A stretch of 64,000 nt of DNA from Planctomycetota bacterium (GTDB taxonomy: Bacteria > Planctomycetota > B15-G4 > JADJEK01): NCBI GenBank assembly GCA_044225365.1, contig JBGAIQ010000009.1:1-64000 (forward strand), in the 5' to 3' direction. Below the pieces are notes generated by a model, which saw nothing but the letters and a program-made list of their open reading frames with translations, ran no database searches and was not told where the DNA came from. Positions 30,644-40,314 of the stretch are shown here, piece by piece. A program made the translations under genes and the position numbers. Within the stretch, counting starts at the first letter, position 1. Each line of letters begins with the position of its first letter.

Positions 30644-31231
30644 TCAGGCGCCGCGGCGAACCGCTCGAACGAATCCAATCGTAATGACGGCGCCGAACGC
30701 GAGGAGCAAGGCGCCGCCCAGCGTCATCGCGATCGTGCGGCTGCCGATCGAGCGGTCGAGCAAACTGCGAGAGGGGGTCGCGCGGTCGTAGAATACGCTC
30801 ACGAATCGCCCCACGGGAAAGGACGCCGCGACCTCTTTCGCGTGAGGGCCGAGGAAGTGCTCCGGCCATTCTCCGACCCGGTCGCCGGAGAACTCGCGGC
30901 CATCGACGACGTAGTCGTAGCGCAGACGCACTTCGAACCATCTCTTCGTTCCCGGTCCCCGCCCGCCGAGATCGACTTCGTCCACGCGCACGTCAGCGAT
31001 TCGTCCCGTCACCTCGGACCACGAACGGGCCGCGAGCCCCTCCCACAGGCGAGGACCCGCCGTCGTCAGGAGGAATCCGCCCCCGACGAGGCATCCCAGC
31101 GGAAACAGCGCAATCAAGAGGACTGCGACCAGGGGCGGGCGACGAGTCGGCGAGGGGGATTTCAATCGGAGTTTCCAGGATCGAGGGGCGTGCCCATCGG
31201 GCGCGGAGAGGTTCAGGAGGGTGGATCTCAC
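30644..31231 (-). CDS. DUF3592 domain membrane protein
   Basis: SWSEVTGRI, YDYVVDGREF, VGRFVSVFYD. Confidence 0.85.
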   Translation of the reverse strand: MRSTLLNLSAPDGHAPRSWKLRLKSPSPTRRPPLVAVLLIALFPLGCLVGGGFLLTTAGPRLWEGLAARSWSEVTGRIADVRVDEVDLGGRGPGTKRWFEVRLRYDYVVDGREFSGDRVGEWPEHFLGPHAKEVAASFPVGRFVSVFYDRATPSRSLLDRSIGSRTIAMTLGGALLLAFGAVITIGFVRAVRRGA

Positions 31232-31554
31232 GACGCCCCTTCGCTCGGCGGCCCCTCGTCGAGCATGCGAAGTCCGCAGCGCGGGCAGTCTCGCAGGCCC
31301 TTGCCGCGGGTGTAGATCTCGGCGCATCGCGGGCATGTCACCCGACTCTGGCGAATGGCCATCCGCGTGAACCCAACGAGCCACAGCACGAGGAGGGCGA
31401 TCTCGATCGGGATGGCGAGGTCGGTCGTCGAGGAGAGGGCATAACCGACGAACGCGATCGCCGGGAGTCCGAGACCGATCCACAGGAAAGCGCGGAGCAG
31501 ACTGCGAGCGCTCGACCTGAGGTAGCGCTTCCAATGCTCGGTGTAGATGCCCAT
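31228..31554 (-). CDS. small membrane protein with zinc ribbon
   Basis: 2 TM segments then CPRC..CPRCG. Confidence 0.7.
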   Translation of the reverse strand: MGIYTEHWKRYLRSSARSLLRAFLWIGLGLPAIAFVGYALSSTTDLAIPIEIALLVLWLVGFTRMAIRQSRVTCPRCAEIYTRGKGLRDCPRCGLRMLDEGPPSEGAS

Positions 31555-31576
31555 GCGCGGAAGACTCCCATGGAAA

Positions 31577-31738
31577 CGGCGGTTTCGGCTGCGATCCGTC
31601 GTCGCCGGCGGTTTCGGCTGCGATCCGTCGCCGCCGGTTTCGCCGATTTCGGCGGCGGCGGCTGCGATCCGTCGCCGCCGGCGGTTTCGGCTGCGATCCG
31701 TCGCCGCCGGCGGTTTCGGCTGCGATCCGCCGCCACCG
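31577..31738 (-). repeat. tandem array, 5 x 29 bp unit CGGCGGCGACGGATCGCAGCCGAAACCGC with one 15-bp insert
   Basis: Reverse-strand copy of the same repeat family. Confidence 0.93.
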
Positions 31739-31747
31739 GTTTGCGTG

Positions 31748-31972
31748 TCATTCACGGCGGCTCGTCACGCGGGCTTCGCCGTCGTCGTCGAAGTCGACCG
31801 TGATCTCGTTGGGGGCGCAGCAGACGGGGCAGTCCTCGACGTACTGCTGCGCGGCACCACCCGATGGGTCGAGCGGAATCACGATGGTCTCGCCGCACGA
31901 CCCACAGACGTAGCTCGCTTCGTCCGCCATGTTGTGCGCGGATCGCCCACGCTTCCGGTTTCGCTTCTTCAT
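31748..31972 (-). CDS. CPXCG motif cysteine-rich protein
   Basis: CGSCGE...YVEDCPVCCAPN. Confidence 0.9.
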   Translation of the reverse strand: MKKRNRKRGRSAHNMADEASYVCGSCGETIVIPLDPSGGAAQQYVEDCPVCCAPNEITVDFDDDGEARVTSRRE

Positions 31973-32124
31973 CGTGATCCGATCGTACAGCGGCAACGCG
32001 ATTCGATACACGAGCGCGCATTCTCGCAGTGCAATCCGCGCGTTCTTCGCGCCGCGCCGACATCCGAATTGACAACCCGTTCGACCTCAGGCGAAATGGC
32101 CGCGCCGCGCAGAGGTCTACCCCC

Positions 32125-33546
32125 ATGCTCTTGCGAGCTCTCGCGCTCTTCGCATCGATCGTCTCCAACGAGGTTCCTGAAGACTCGACCCATCCACCTG
32201 CACCGCCGACGTCCCTCGAAGCGACGGCGTACGGAATCGTCTACGAGATTCCGGCGATGGCGTCGGTGCGCGTCACCAAGGACGTCACGTACACGAAGTC
32301 CGGTGGTCGTGACCTGAAGATCGATATCGCCCTGCCGAAGACGGCGAGCGGTCCCCTCCCAGCGGTCGTCTTCCTCAACGCGATCGGCGATCGCCTTCCC
32401 GATCGATTGAAAGAATGGGCGATCTATCGTTCGTGGCCGAAGCTCATCGCCGCTTCGGGTCTCGCCGGCGTGTCGATGGACTGCGACGCGGAACACATCC
32501 AGGAGAGTCTCGCTGCGGTCTTCGACTTCCTCGAGAAGAACGGGAAGACCTATGGGATCGACGGCACGCGCATCGGAATCTACGCGGCGTCGGCGAACGT
32601 GCGGGAGTCCGCGCGACTCCTCTTCGGCGAAAAGGCGCCGAAGAGCGTCAAGGCCGCGGTGTTCTACTACGGAGTCCCCGACGCCCCCGATCTGCGAGAC
32701 GACCTTCCCGTCCTGGTGGTGACGGCGGAGAGCGATCTCGGACGCGTGCGTGACGGAATCCAAACGCTGTTCCTCCGCGTGATGGCGGATGCGCTGCCCT
32801 GGACGTTCGAAATGGGCGCGGGATTGCCGCACGCCTTCGACTCCGTCGCCGACAACGATGCGAGTCGACGCACGATCCAGCGAACGATCGCCTTCTGGAA
32901 GAGCCATCTCGAACCGATGCCGGCCTCCGCCTCCGGACCGTCCGAGGAACGCGAGATCCTCGCCGCGATGTTCGGGAACGACGATGCGCGCCTCAAGACG
33001 TTGCTCGACGCGTGGATCCCGAAGCACGAGAACGAAGCCATCGGCTACGCGATGCGCGGAACGGCGCTCGCGCACGCTCGCCGCGGACGCGAGGCGCGGA
33101 GCGATCTCGAGCGCGCCCTGCAGCTCGGCAGCACCGATCCCGGCGTTCACGGCTCGCTCGGAATCGAACTCCTGTTCGAGGGAAGGCATGCGGAGTCCAT
33201 CGAACACCTGCGGAATGCGATCGCGGGTGGATGGTTCAATGGCGAGGTGTACGCACACCTCGGCCACGCGCTGCTCCTCACCGGTGACTACGACGAGGGC
33301 GTGAAGGCATACGAACGTGCGATGGAATTGGGCATCCCGCCCGGCGCGCAGAGCCTCGGAAATGCGAGCTACAACCTGGCGTGCGGGTACGCGCGGCTCG
33401 ATCGCAAGGCGGATGCGCTCGCCGCGATCGAGAAGGCGGTCGATCAGGCCTTCGGCGATCGGCATACCTATGAAACGGACACCGACCTCGAGTCGATCCG
33501 GAAGGAGCCACGATTCCAGGCCGCGATCGCGAAGCTCTCGCGTTAG
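32125..33546 (+). CDS. alpha/beta-hydrolase fold + TPR protein
   Basis: IDGTRIGIYAASAN, PHAFD, YNLACGYA..DTDLESIR. Confidence 0.82.
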   Translation: MLLRALALFASIVSNEVPEDSTHPPAPPTSLEATAYGIVYEIPAMASVRVTKDVTYTKSGGRDLKIDIALPKTASGPLPAVVFLNAIGDRLPDRLKEWAIYRSWPKLIAASGLAGVSMDCDAEHIQESLAAVFDFLEKNGKTYGIDGTRIGIYAASANVRESARLLFGEKAPKSVKAAVFYYGVPDAPDLRDDLPVLVVTAESDLGRVRDGIQTLFLRVMADALPWTFEMGAGLPHAFDSVADNDASRRTIQRTIAFWKSHLEPMPASASGPSEEREILAAMFGNDDARLKTLLDAWIPKHENEAIGYAMRGTALAHARRGREARSDLERALQLGSTDPGVHGSLGIELLFEGRHAESIEHLRNAIAGGWFNGEVYAHLGHALLLTGDYDEGVKAYERAMELGIPPGAQSLGNASYNLACGYARLDRKADALAAIEKAVDQAFGDRHTYETDTDLESIRKEPRFQAAIAKLSR

Positions 33547-33570
33547 TCCAAGGGAATTCCGGGAGTCGCT

Positions 33571-33960
33571 TCAATCCTGGCGGGCTCCAGGACGGCGCTC
33601 CGCCACGTGCCAGAGCACGCCGGCGGGATCGTATACGTAAGCGACCCGCAGCCCCCACGGCTGCGTGGCGGGCGGCTTGGGCGCCTGTACTCCGAAACGA
33701 ACCGCGAGATCGAGTCCCTTCAGATGATTCCACCACGCGTCGAGATCGTCGACCATGAGTTGCATCATCGTGTTCTCGGCCCATTCCTTTTGATAATAAC
33801 GCTGCAAGATGAATCCCCCGGAACCCGCGTTGAAGATCGCGACTTCACTATCGAGAACCTTCTCGAAGCCCAGCGCCTCGTAGAACCGTTTCGAGACGTC
33901 GAAATCCTTCACGGGCAGGAAGGGCCGCGCGAGTTCGTTACCAGCGGGAATTCGGTCCAT
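33571..33960 (-). CDS. VOC family protein
   Basis: PFLPVKDF..FYEALGF, QPWGLR..DPAGVLWH. Confidence 0.92.
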   Translation of the reverse strand: MDRIPAGNELARPFLPVKDFDVSKRFYEALGFEKVLDSEVAIFNAGSGGFILQRYYQKEWAENTMMQLMVDDLDAWWNHLKGLDLAVRFGVQAPKPPATQPWGLRVAYVYDPAGVLWHVAERRPGARQD

Positions 33961-33987
33961 GCATACACTCCTCGTCGAGCCTGATTT

Positions 33988-34617
33988 CTACTGTCCGCCG
34001 TGCTTCCGGGTCAATTCTACACCGCTGCCGATCGGGAGGAGAATCGAGTCGAGGTCCGAGCGCGTTCGAATCCGAGCCTGATAGGCCATCGCATCGGCCC
34101 GCGCGCTCGGCGGGAAGAGCATGTTGTCGGCCGCGATGAATCCGCCGGGCGCCAGCTTCGGATGAAGGAGCTCGAAGCACGGCAGATAGAGGTCCTTCCA
34201 GAGGTCGAGGAGCACGAAGTCGAATGGGCCATCGAGGCGCGGCAGGGTGTCGAGCGCGCTTCCGACGTGGAACTCGACGAATGATTCGAGTCCGGCGCGC
34301 GCGAGTTGGCTTCGCGCGTATTCGACCTTGCTTTCCGCGAGCTCGAGGCTGTGGACCCTGCCTCCCGTTGCCCGAGCGGCATCCGCGAGCCAGATCGTGG
34401 AGTAGCCGTACGACGCTCCCACCTCGACGATGGACTTCGCCTTCGCCCCCACGACGAGACTGTGCAGGAATCGCCCCGTCTCCGGCCCCACGCTGATCAG
34501 GAACTCGTCGATCCTCCGCATGAACTCGGCGAAATCCGAATGCATGAGCCGCGATTCGTCGGCGGCTCGGCGCTCGTATTCGGCGAGGACGGATTCGACG
34601 GCGGGATCCAGTTCCAT
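33988..34617 (-). CDS. O-methyltransferase
   Basis: VEVGASYGYSTIWLA, DLWKDLY, ADN. Confidence 0.92.
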   Translation of the reverse strand: MELDPAVESVLAEYERRAADESRLMHSDFAEFMRRIDEFLISVGPETGRFLHSLVVGAKAKSIVEVGASYGYSTIWLADAARATGGRVHSLELAESKVEYARSQLARAGLESFVEFHVGSALDTLPRLDGPFDFVLLDLWKDLYLPCFELLHPKLAPGGFIAADNMLFPPSARADAMAYQARIRTRSDLDSILLPIGSGVELTRKHGGQ

Positions 34618-34644
34618 GCGGGGACTCCTTCAGCGTCGCGCCGT

Positions 34645-35586
34645 TCAGTCGAACGCGGCGATTCGAGTTCGATGCCACTCCTCCGGCGCGCCGGAATCCA
34701 GTCCGAACTGCATGGGAACGGAGAAGGTCACGGTGGGAGAGCCAGACTTGTATACGCGGATGAACGGTGGCGCTGCGCTATTCACGGGCGGCACGGAATC
34801 CGGATCGAAGCAAGGATTGGCGAAGCCGGAGGCGCAGAGTTCCACGTAGCCGAAGCGTTCCTCACGGTGAAGGATCCCCTCCTGGACTCGGCTCAGATCG
34901 AGGAATTGCACCTTCCACGAGCTGTCGTCACCCCACTGGCAACCCCACACGAACCCGAATGCGCCGGTCGGCCACTCGCGGTCTTCCGTCCAATGCTCAT
35001 GGCCGGGGATGCAGCCGGTTCCATGCACATCCCACCAATCGGGTACGTAGAACCCGACGGGACAGAAGGAATCCTTGCCCGCATCGGGCTCTTCCGCGAT
35101 GACCTTTCCACTCGCGAGATCGAGGACGGCCGAGCGAGTGTAATGATGCGAGATCAATGCGAGTTCTCGAGCGCCCTGCCGAAAGGGTTCGAACGTCCTG
35201 TACATGACGAAGTCGCGTTCGTATTCGCAGATCGTCTCGAGGTAGGGACTCGAGGTCGAGCGACGGACGACTTCCACGTGGGTCGTGGCCCATGTCCCCG
35301 GATTCCGCTTCGCTTCGTTGCATCGCACCGCGAACTTGTCGCGCGGTTTGGGAAGCGGCGGAATCTCGAAGTCCGTGGCGACGAGGATCTCGCAAATCAC
35401 GAATCCGCGATCGTGATACTGCGCCGCCCAGTTCCGACCGTCCCTTTCCTCGCGCCGCAGGCGGTCGATCGTCTGCTCGGCCTCCGCCTTCGTTCGATAG
35501 GTCCCGAAAGGGACATCCTGCTCCCTTCCCGCGTGCTGGCCGAGCACTCGATAGACGATGTCACCTCGCATCTCGAGTTTCCTCAT
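34645..35586 (-). CDS. hypothetical protein
   Basis: 313-aa ORF; FCPVGFYVP, GCQWGDDSSWKVQFLDLS. Confidence 0.75.
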   Translation of the reverse strand: MRKLEMRGDIVYRVLGQHAGREQDVPFGTYRTKAEAEQTIDRLRREERDGRNWAAQYHDRGFVICEILVATDFEIPPLPKPRDKFAVRCNEAKRNPGTWATTHVEVVRRSTSSPYLETICEYERDFVMYRTFEPFRQGARELALISHHYTRSAVLDLASGKVIAEEPDAGKDSFCPVGFYVPDWWDVHGTGCIPGHEHWTEDREWPTGAFGFVWGCQWGDDSSWKVQFLDLSRVQEGILHREERFGYVELCASGFANPCFDPDSVPPVNSAAPPFIRVYKSGSPTVTFSVPMQFGLDSGAPEEWHRTRIAAFD

Positions 35587-35642
35587 TCATGCTCGTTCCA
35601 CTCGACCCGTTCGTTCTCGCCGCACGGGATCGCCGACTCCCC

Positions 35643-36089
35643 TCACTCACCGAACTGAACCAAGTGATGATCCGTGTGCTTCCAACACAAGCGGCCCCAC
35701 TGTTCCGGGGTGAGCGGACCGAACATCGGATGCACCGCGCGAGCGGTACCCGCTCCGACGCGCTCGATGAGATCGACGACGGCGGACACGTCCGATGTCC
35801 ACGACGAGGGTGTGGACTGCAGCATCTCGGGAGCCGTCTCGATCTTGCCGCGCGGGGGCTTGAAACCGGTTTCGACGACGAGGAATTTCAGCACCGTGCG
35901 ACTCAGCAGATGGTGGACCGGCTTCGACGGCGCGTCGCCGAGCGCCACGCGCAATTGATCCTTGAGATGGCAGATCATCCTCGGTGCATCGAGTTTGCCC
36001 CACGCGGGCTTCTCGTCCGCGCGGACTCGACGAAGGCGCTCGATCAACGGGGCGCGGTCCTTGGCATTCAAGAGCGTTGGGAGCGGCAC
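35643..36089 (-). CDS. DUF1569 (DinB-like) protein
   Basis: WGKLD..MICHL, HPMFG..KHTDHHLVQFG; GGAGGA RBS. Confidence 0.88.
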   Translation of the reverse strand: MPLPTLLNAKDRAPLIERLRRVRADEKPAWGKLDAPRMICHLKDQLRVALGDAPSKPVHHLLSRTVLKFLVVETGFKPPRGKIETAPEMLQSTPSSWTSDVSAVVDLIERVGAGTARAVHPMFGPLTPEQWGRLCWKHTDHHLVQFGE

Positions 36090-36135
36090 GAATTCCTCCG
36101 GCGAAGACGAACAGTTGAGAACGAAAGGGCGCAGA

Positions 36136-36978
36136 TCATTTTGGAGCAAGATCGCCGAACCAGTACGCGGCGGTGACGCCGCCGTCCATCAAGAAGTCGC
36201 TGCCTGTGATGAAGGCGCCTCCGGACTCGAGGAGCAGCGCGCCGACCGTCCCCACCTCATCCGGCGTGCCGGCGCGTCCCGCGGCGGACAAGTCGATCAT
36301 CCTCCGGTAGCCCGCGCCGCGGGGCCCCGAGAGTTCGTCGTTGGCAAGAGGTGTCATGATGATGCCGGGACTGATCGTATTGACGCGCGCGCCGCGCTTG
36401 CCCCACCGCACCGCTTCCGCCTTGACACGAAGCGAATTCGCGCGCTTCGAGATCTGATACGCACGGAGCGGATCGACGACTTCCGACGGCTGCAACATGG
36501 GAAGCGCGAGGAGTTCCTCCGTCGGAGTCCTCGCGAGCGCCTCGTTCTGCTGCGGCGTGAGCGCCGGCAATCGATGCCCCGACTGCGACGCAATGACGAC
36601 ACCGGCCCCGCCGCGCGCGATCACGTTGCCGAATTCCTCGAGCACGAGCGCGGTGCCGTAGAGATCGACCTTCAAGATCGTTGCAGAGGAAGCTTGCGAC
36701 GGTGAGACTCCCGCCGCGTGAATGATCCTCGTGACGCTCCCGATCGCGCTGGCCTTCTCGATCAGTGCGCGGACTGAACTGCGCGACGCAACATCGACCT
36801 CGGCGACGCTCACGTCGAATCCCGCGTCGAAGAGGACTCTCGCGGCGGCGCTCGCGTTCTCACTCCGCAGATCGGCAAGAACGATGTGCTTGCCTGCACC
36901 GATTCGCCGTGCGATCGCCTGGCCGATCGCTCCTGCGCCGAGCACGACGATGACCTCTCTCCTCAGGTCCGAGATCAT
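36136..36978 (-). CDS. SDR oxidoreductase
   Basis: GAGAIG, AGVSPSQA, YQISK, GSDFLMDGG. Confidence 0.9.
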   Translation of the reverse strand: MISDLRREVIVVLGAGAIGQAIARRIGAGKHIVLADLRSENASAAARVLFDAGFDVSVAEVDVASRSSVRALIEKASAIGSVTRIIHAAGVSPSQASSATILKVDLYGTALVLEEFGNVIARGGAGVVIASQSGHRLPALTPQQNEALARTPTEELLALPMLQPSEVVDPLRAYQISKRANSLRVKAEAVRWGKRGARVNTISPGIIMTPLANDELSGPRGAGYRRMIDLSAAGRAGTPDEVGTVGALLLESGGAFITGSDFLMDGGVTAAYWFGDLAPK

Positions 36979-37502
36979 CCTTTCGACTCGATGTCGGCGG
37001 TGAGCCAACCCTTCAGCGCCGCGGCCTGCTTCACCCAGTTCGCGAGCTGGTCCTCGTCGAGGTCGTCTTCGTGGACGTCGATCCAGCGAGCCTCCTTGGC
37101 CGTTCCGCCAGCGGGCGCGGGTCGCAGCGAGGTGCCCGCGAAGAACGTGACCTTCACGAAATTCGTGAAGGTGTGCAGACCGACGAGCCAGCCCTGGCCG
37201 TCGATGCCATAGAACGGCGAGTTCCACTTCACGGCCTTGCGCACGTTCGGAACCGTGCGAACGATGAGCGCGTCGATTCGGCGGCCGATGTCGCGCTTCC
37301 AGCCCGGCATCGCATCGATGTACGCCTGCACCGGTGCGTCGCCCTCGGACTTCGCGATCCGAGGATTTCCGCCGGCGAGCAGAACGGGCTTCGCATTGGA
37401 GGAGGTCATCGGCGAATGCGAGCTCGATCTCGAACGAGCCGAGTTCTTGCCCGTCGGTTTCGCTCGCTGCGATTGCGAGGCGGTCTTGCGAGTCGGACTC
37501 AT
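36975..37502 (-). CDS. DUF1801 domain protein
   Basis: LLAGGNPRIAK, AVKWNSPFYG. Confidence 0.9.
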   Translation of the reverse strand: MSPTRKTASQSQRAKPTGKNSARSRSSSHSPMTSSNAKPVLLAGGNPRIAKSEGDAPVQAYIDAMPGWKRDIGRRIDALIVRTVPNVRKAVKWNSPFYGIDGQGWLVGLHTFTNFVKVTFFAGTSLRPAPAGGTAKEARWIDVHEDDLDEDQLANWVKQAAALKGWLTADIESKG

Positions 37503-37939
37503 CGGCTTCCTTTCTTCTTCGACTTCTTCGTCTTGTTCGCCTTGGCATCGAGGACGCCCCGATTCAGCGCGACGGCTTCGCGCAGGAGCGCCTTGAACGC
37601 TGTCGCATCCACCGTCTCGCCTTCGCGGATGTCGATCGCGCGGCGAGCGTTTCCATCGAGGCTCGCGTTGAACAGGCGCGAGGGGTCCGGAAGTGCGGCG
37701 CCCTTGTGAAACGTCAGCTTGACGACGCTCTTGTACGTCTCGCCGGTGCAGAGGATCCCGTCGTGCGACCACACGGGAGTGCCCATCCACTTCCATTCCT
37801 CGACGACGTCCGGATCCGCTTCGTGGATGAGCTTTCGCATGCGACGCAAGGTCTCGCCCCGCCAGTCTCCGAGCTCCGCGATCCTCGCCGTGATGAGCTT
37901 CGATGCATCCGAGTTCGTTTCCGCATCCGCTCGCTTCAT
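37499..37939 (-). CDS. DUF1801 domain protein
   Basis: DWRGETL, EEWKW, LFNASLDGN. Confidence 0.92.
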   Translation of the reverse strand: MKRADAETNSDASKLITARIAELGDWRGETLRRMRKLIHEADPDVVEEWKWMGTPVWSHDGILCTGETYKSVVKLTFHKGAALPDPSRLFNASLDGNARRAIDIREGETVDATAFKALLREAVALNRGVLDAKANKTKKSKKKGSR

Positions 37940-37992
37940 CGTCGTTTCCTCGAATTCACGTCGTTTCCTGGATCACATGAGAAGGCGAAGAA

Positions 37993-38328
37993 TCAAGGCT
38001 CCGGGGACAAACCATACAAGCGCTTCTCCTCCGCGAGGAAGCCTTCGAGCGTGCCGTCGAATTCCACCGTGGGATGTCGCGCATCGATCTCCTGCTTCCC
38101 GATCCACGACAAGTGGACGACCGTGAACCGCTGCGGCCGATCACGATGGCGGACGAGGATATCGTCCGTGCCGTGTCGGTGTGCGACGATGTCGACGGCG
38201 CGGCCGAACAAGAGATGACCCGGAGGCAATTCCCTTCGCAGCTCGTCCTCTAGACTCGACGTCGTGGCCGCGTCCTCCGGATGGAACCAGCCCACGGGAA
38301 GCGCCGGTCGATCGGGCTCGGACGTCAT
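37993..38328 (-). CDS. hypothetical protein
   Basis: ELRRELPPGHLL..DDIL..VVHLSW. Confidence 0.75.
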   Translation of the reverse strand: MTSEPDRPALPVGWFHPEDAATTSSLEDELRRELPPGHLLFGRAVDIVAHRHGTDDILVRHRDRPQRFTVVHLSWIGKQEIDARHPTVEFDGTLEGFLAEEKRLYGLSPEP

Positions 38329-38687
38329 CGCGATCCTCGCCCTGGTAGCTGCCAGAGTCCGTGATGAACGCCGCCCTGCAGGTAGATCGCGAACGTGCCG
38401 TGACCGGGGATCTCGAGCGGCGGGTGCGCGACCTTCCCGCCGGCGAGAACGGCCGCGGCGAGAGCCCCTTCGATCTCCTCCACCAGGAAGTAGGGACGCA
38501 CGACGGGTTGCTCCGACGGGCTGAGCGGCGCGCGCACTCCGAGAAGTCCGCCTCCCGGCAATCTCGCGGTGCGAGCGTGACCGAGCTCCGCGATCGGCTC
38601 GCTGAACTCGGCGTGGAGCGATGCTGCGTAGGCCGCGCAGACTTCGTCGACTCGATCGCTCACGATCTCGAGGTACTGGATGCGCAT
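38325..38687 (-). CDS. VOC family protein
   Basis: MRIQYLEIV, PVVRPY, GTFAIY. Confidence 0.85.
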   Translation of the reverse strand: MRIQYLEIVSDRVDEVCAAYAASLHAEFSEPIAELGHARTARLPGGGLLGVRAPLSPSEQPVVRPYFLVEEIEGALAAAVLAGGKVAHPPLEIPGHGTFAIYLQGGVHHGLWQLPGRGSR

Positions 38688-38730
38688 GGGGACTTCCGTT
38701 CGACTCCGACGACGAGGATGCGTTCGAATC

Positions 38731-39162
38731 CTACTTGGCCGCCTTGCGCTTCTTTCCTGGCTCGGCCTTCCCGGTTCGCTGCGGGGCGGGCTCGGGGGCC
38801 GCCTTCTCGCCGCCGAACACGGCGTAGCTCTCGCGAATCCACTTCTCGATGCGCGAGAGAGTGACGCCCGAGGGAAAGGTGCCGCCCGCTTGCAGTCGGA
38901 TCGTGGCCCAACCGCCCGCTCCAATCGCGAGGGATTTTGGATCCTTCTTCGCGAGCGTCTCGAACTCGCCCTTCGATGCGTCGAGCTTCAGTCGAATCTC
39001 CGTCGCGCGTACGAAGAGGAAGGACTTCTTGCGCACGGTCACGGTCGCGCTCTCGAGCGATGTGCCCGCGCAAGCGACGCCGGATTCGACGTTCGGTAGA
39101 CCGAGCCCGATCGCCAGGATCTGGTTCGTACCGTTCGCGTTCTCGCTCGCTCTTCCTGCCAT
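38731..39162 (-). CDS. MmcQ/YjbR family protein
   Basis: VRKKSFLF, GWATI, WIRESY. Confidence 0.8.
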   Translation of the reverse strand: MAGRASENANGTNQILAIGLGLPNVESGVACAGTSLESATVTVRKKSFLFVRATEIRLKLDASKGEFETLAKKDPKSLAIGAGGWATIRLQAGGTFPSGVTLSRIEKWIRESYAVFGGEKAAPEPAPQRTGKAEPGKKRKAAK

Positions 39163-39278
39163 GTTCAGCCTCCTGCGGCGGCAAGGGGGTCAGGATACCA
39201 GAGCGCCCACGGTCGACGTGGAGTCGCCCGCCATCCGCCGATTGCGTTTCTCTCGAGGCAGCTCTTAACTGCCGCGAG

Positions 39279-40304
39279 ATGATCAAGAGCCTTCTGCGCC
39301 TGTTGCTCGCCCTCGTCGCCGTCGCCATCGCCGTCGCTCTTCACTTCCGGTCCGACACGGAGGTCACGCGATCCAGCGCCGAGCCCTGGCCTGCCGGAAT
39401 GGGCACGCTCGATTCGGTCGCCGCACGCTTTCCCCCGTTGGAGCAGAACGCGACCGCCACGCAATGGCTGGCGCTCGCGGGCGCGCTGCCGACGAACGGG
39501 AACGTCCTCGAATACCTCCGCCGCGAGATCGCCCGCGACGACCTCGCGATCGGCGAGCCGCCCGCGCTCGCCGACCCCACGGCGATCCGTGAACTGCTCC
39601 TTCGCGAGCCGATCGTCTTCGGAAGCGCGATCGCCTTCGACGACGGGGAGATCGCGACGAGGCGCGTCGTGCTGCTCACCGCGGCGCGAACGCTCGTCGC
39701 CGATGCGCTCGCTCGCGCATACAAGGGTGATGCGACGGCCTGGGAGGATCTTCACGCCGCATGGATCCTCGCCCGCACGCAGGATGGACATCCGCAGATG
39801 ATGGCGCAGACCGCGGCGCTCACGATGGCGCGTTGGATCAATGCCGTCGCTTGGAAGATGCCGCTGCCCGCGCCCGAATGGTTGCACGAACTCACGATGC
39901 ACGATCCCGTACGGCCCCTCCTCGATGCGTTCCAATATCAAACGGCTTCCTACTGGAGGAGTGGGTCCGAGATCTTCCCGACTCGTTGGCTCGCGCAGTC
40001 GATGGACCGCGACCGGAAGATCGCGGAAGAACTCGCGAATTCGAACGCCTGCGACGTCGAAGCCCGCGAGAACGATCTCGGACCCTCGCTCGTCACCGTG
40101 TGGCGTCGTGCCTTTCGATTTCGAGCCGAACGCGAAGCGACCGCCAACGCGATCCGCGTCCGCGAGGGCAAACCGATCGAGGCGACATCGAAGTGGAGCG
40201 ACGGCGGCTGGAGGCTCGACGGGACGACGCTGCGACCGCAACGCGAGATCCCCATGGACGCCGAGCAGATGCCGATGCCGCTCACGCTTCGGATCGCCCG
40301 GTAG
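39279..40304 (+). CDS. hypothetical exported protein
   Basis: Signal anchor [15 protein letters not shown]; long ORF. Confidence 0.7.
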   Translation: MIKSLLRLLLALVAVAIAVALHFRSDTEVTRSSAEPWPAGMGTLDSVAARFPPLEQNATATQWLALAGALPTNGNVLEYLRREIARDDLAIGEPPALADPTAIRELLLREPIVFGSAIAFDDGEIATRRVVLLTAARTLVADALARAYKGDATAWEDLHAAWILARTQDGHPQMMAQTAALTMARWINAVAWKMPLPAPEWLHELTMHDPVRPLLDAFQYQTASYWRSGSEIFPTRWLAQSMDRDRKIAEELANSNACDVEARENDLGPSLVTVWRRAFRFRAEREATANAIRVREGKPIEATSKWSDGGWRLDGTTLRPQREIPMDAEQMPMPLTLRIAR

Positions 40305-40314
40305 CACACTTGCC

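Noticed and set aside
38715-38740. GTTCGAATCC T-loop-like motif (also ~34063)
   Set aside because: No cloverleaf or acceptor stem; no tRNA or rRNA seen in the window
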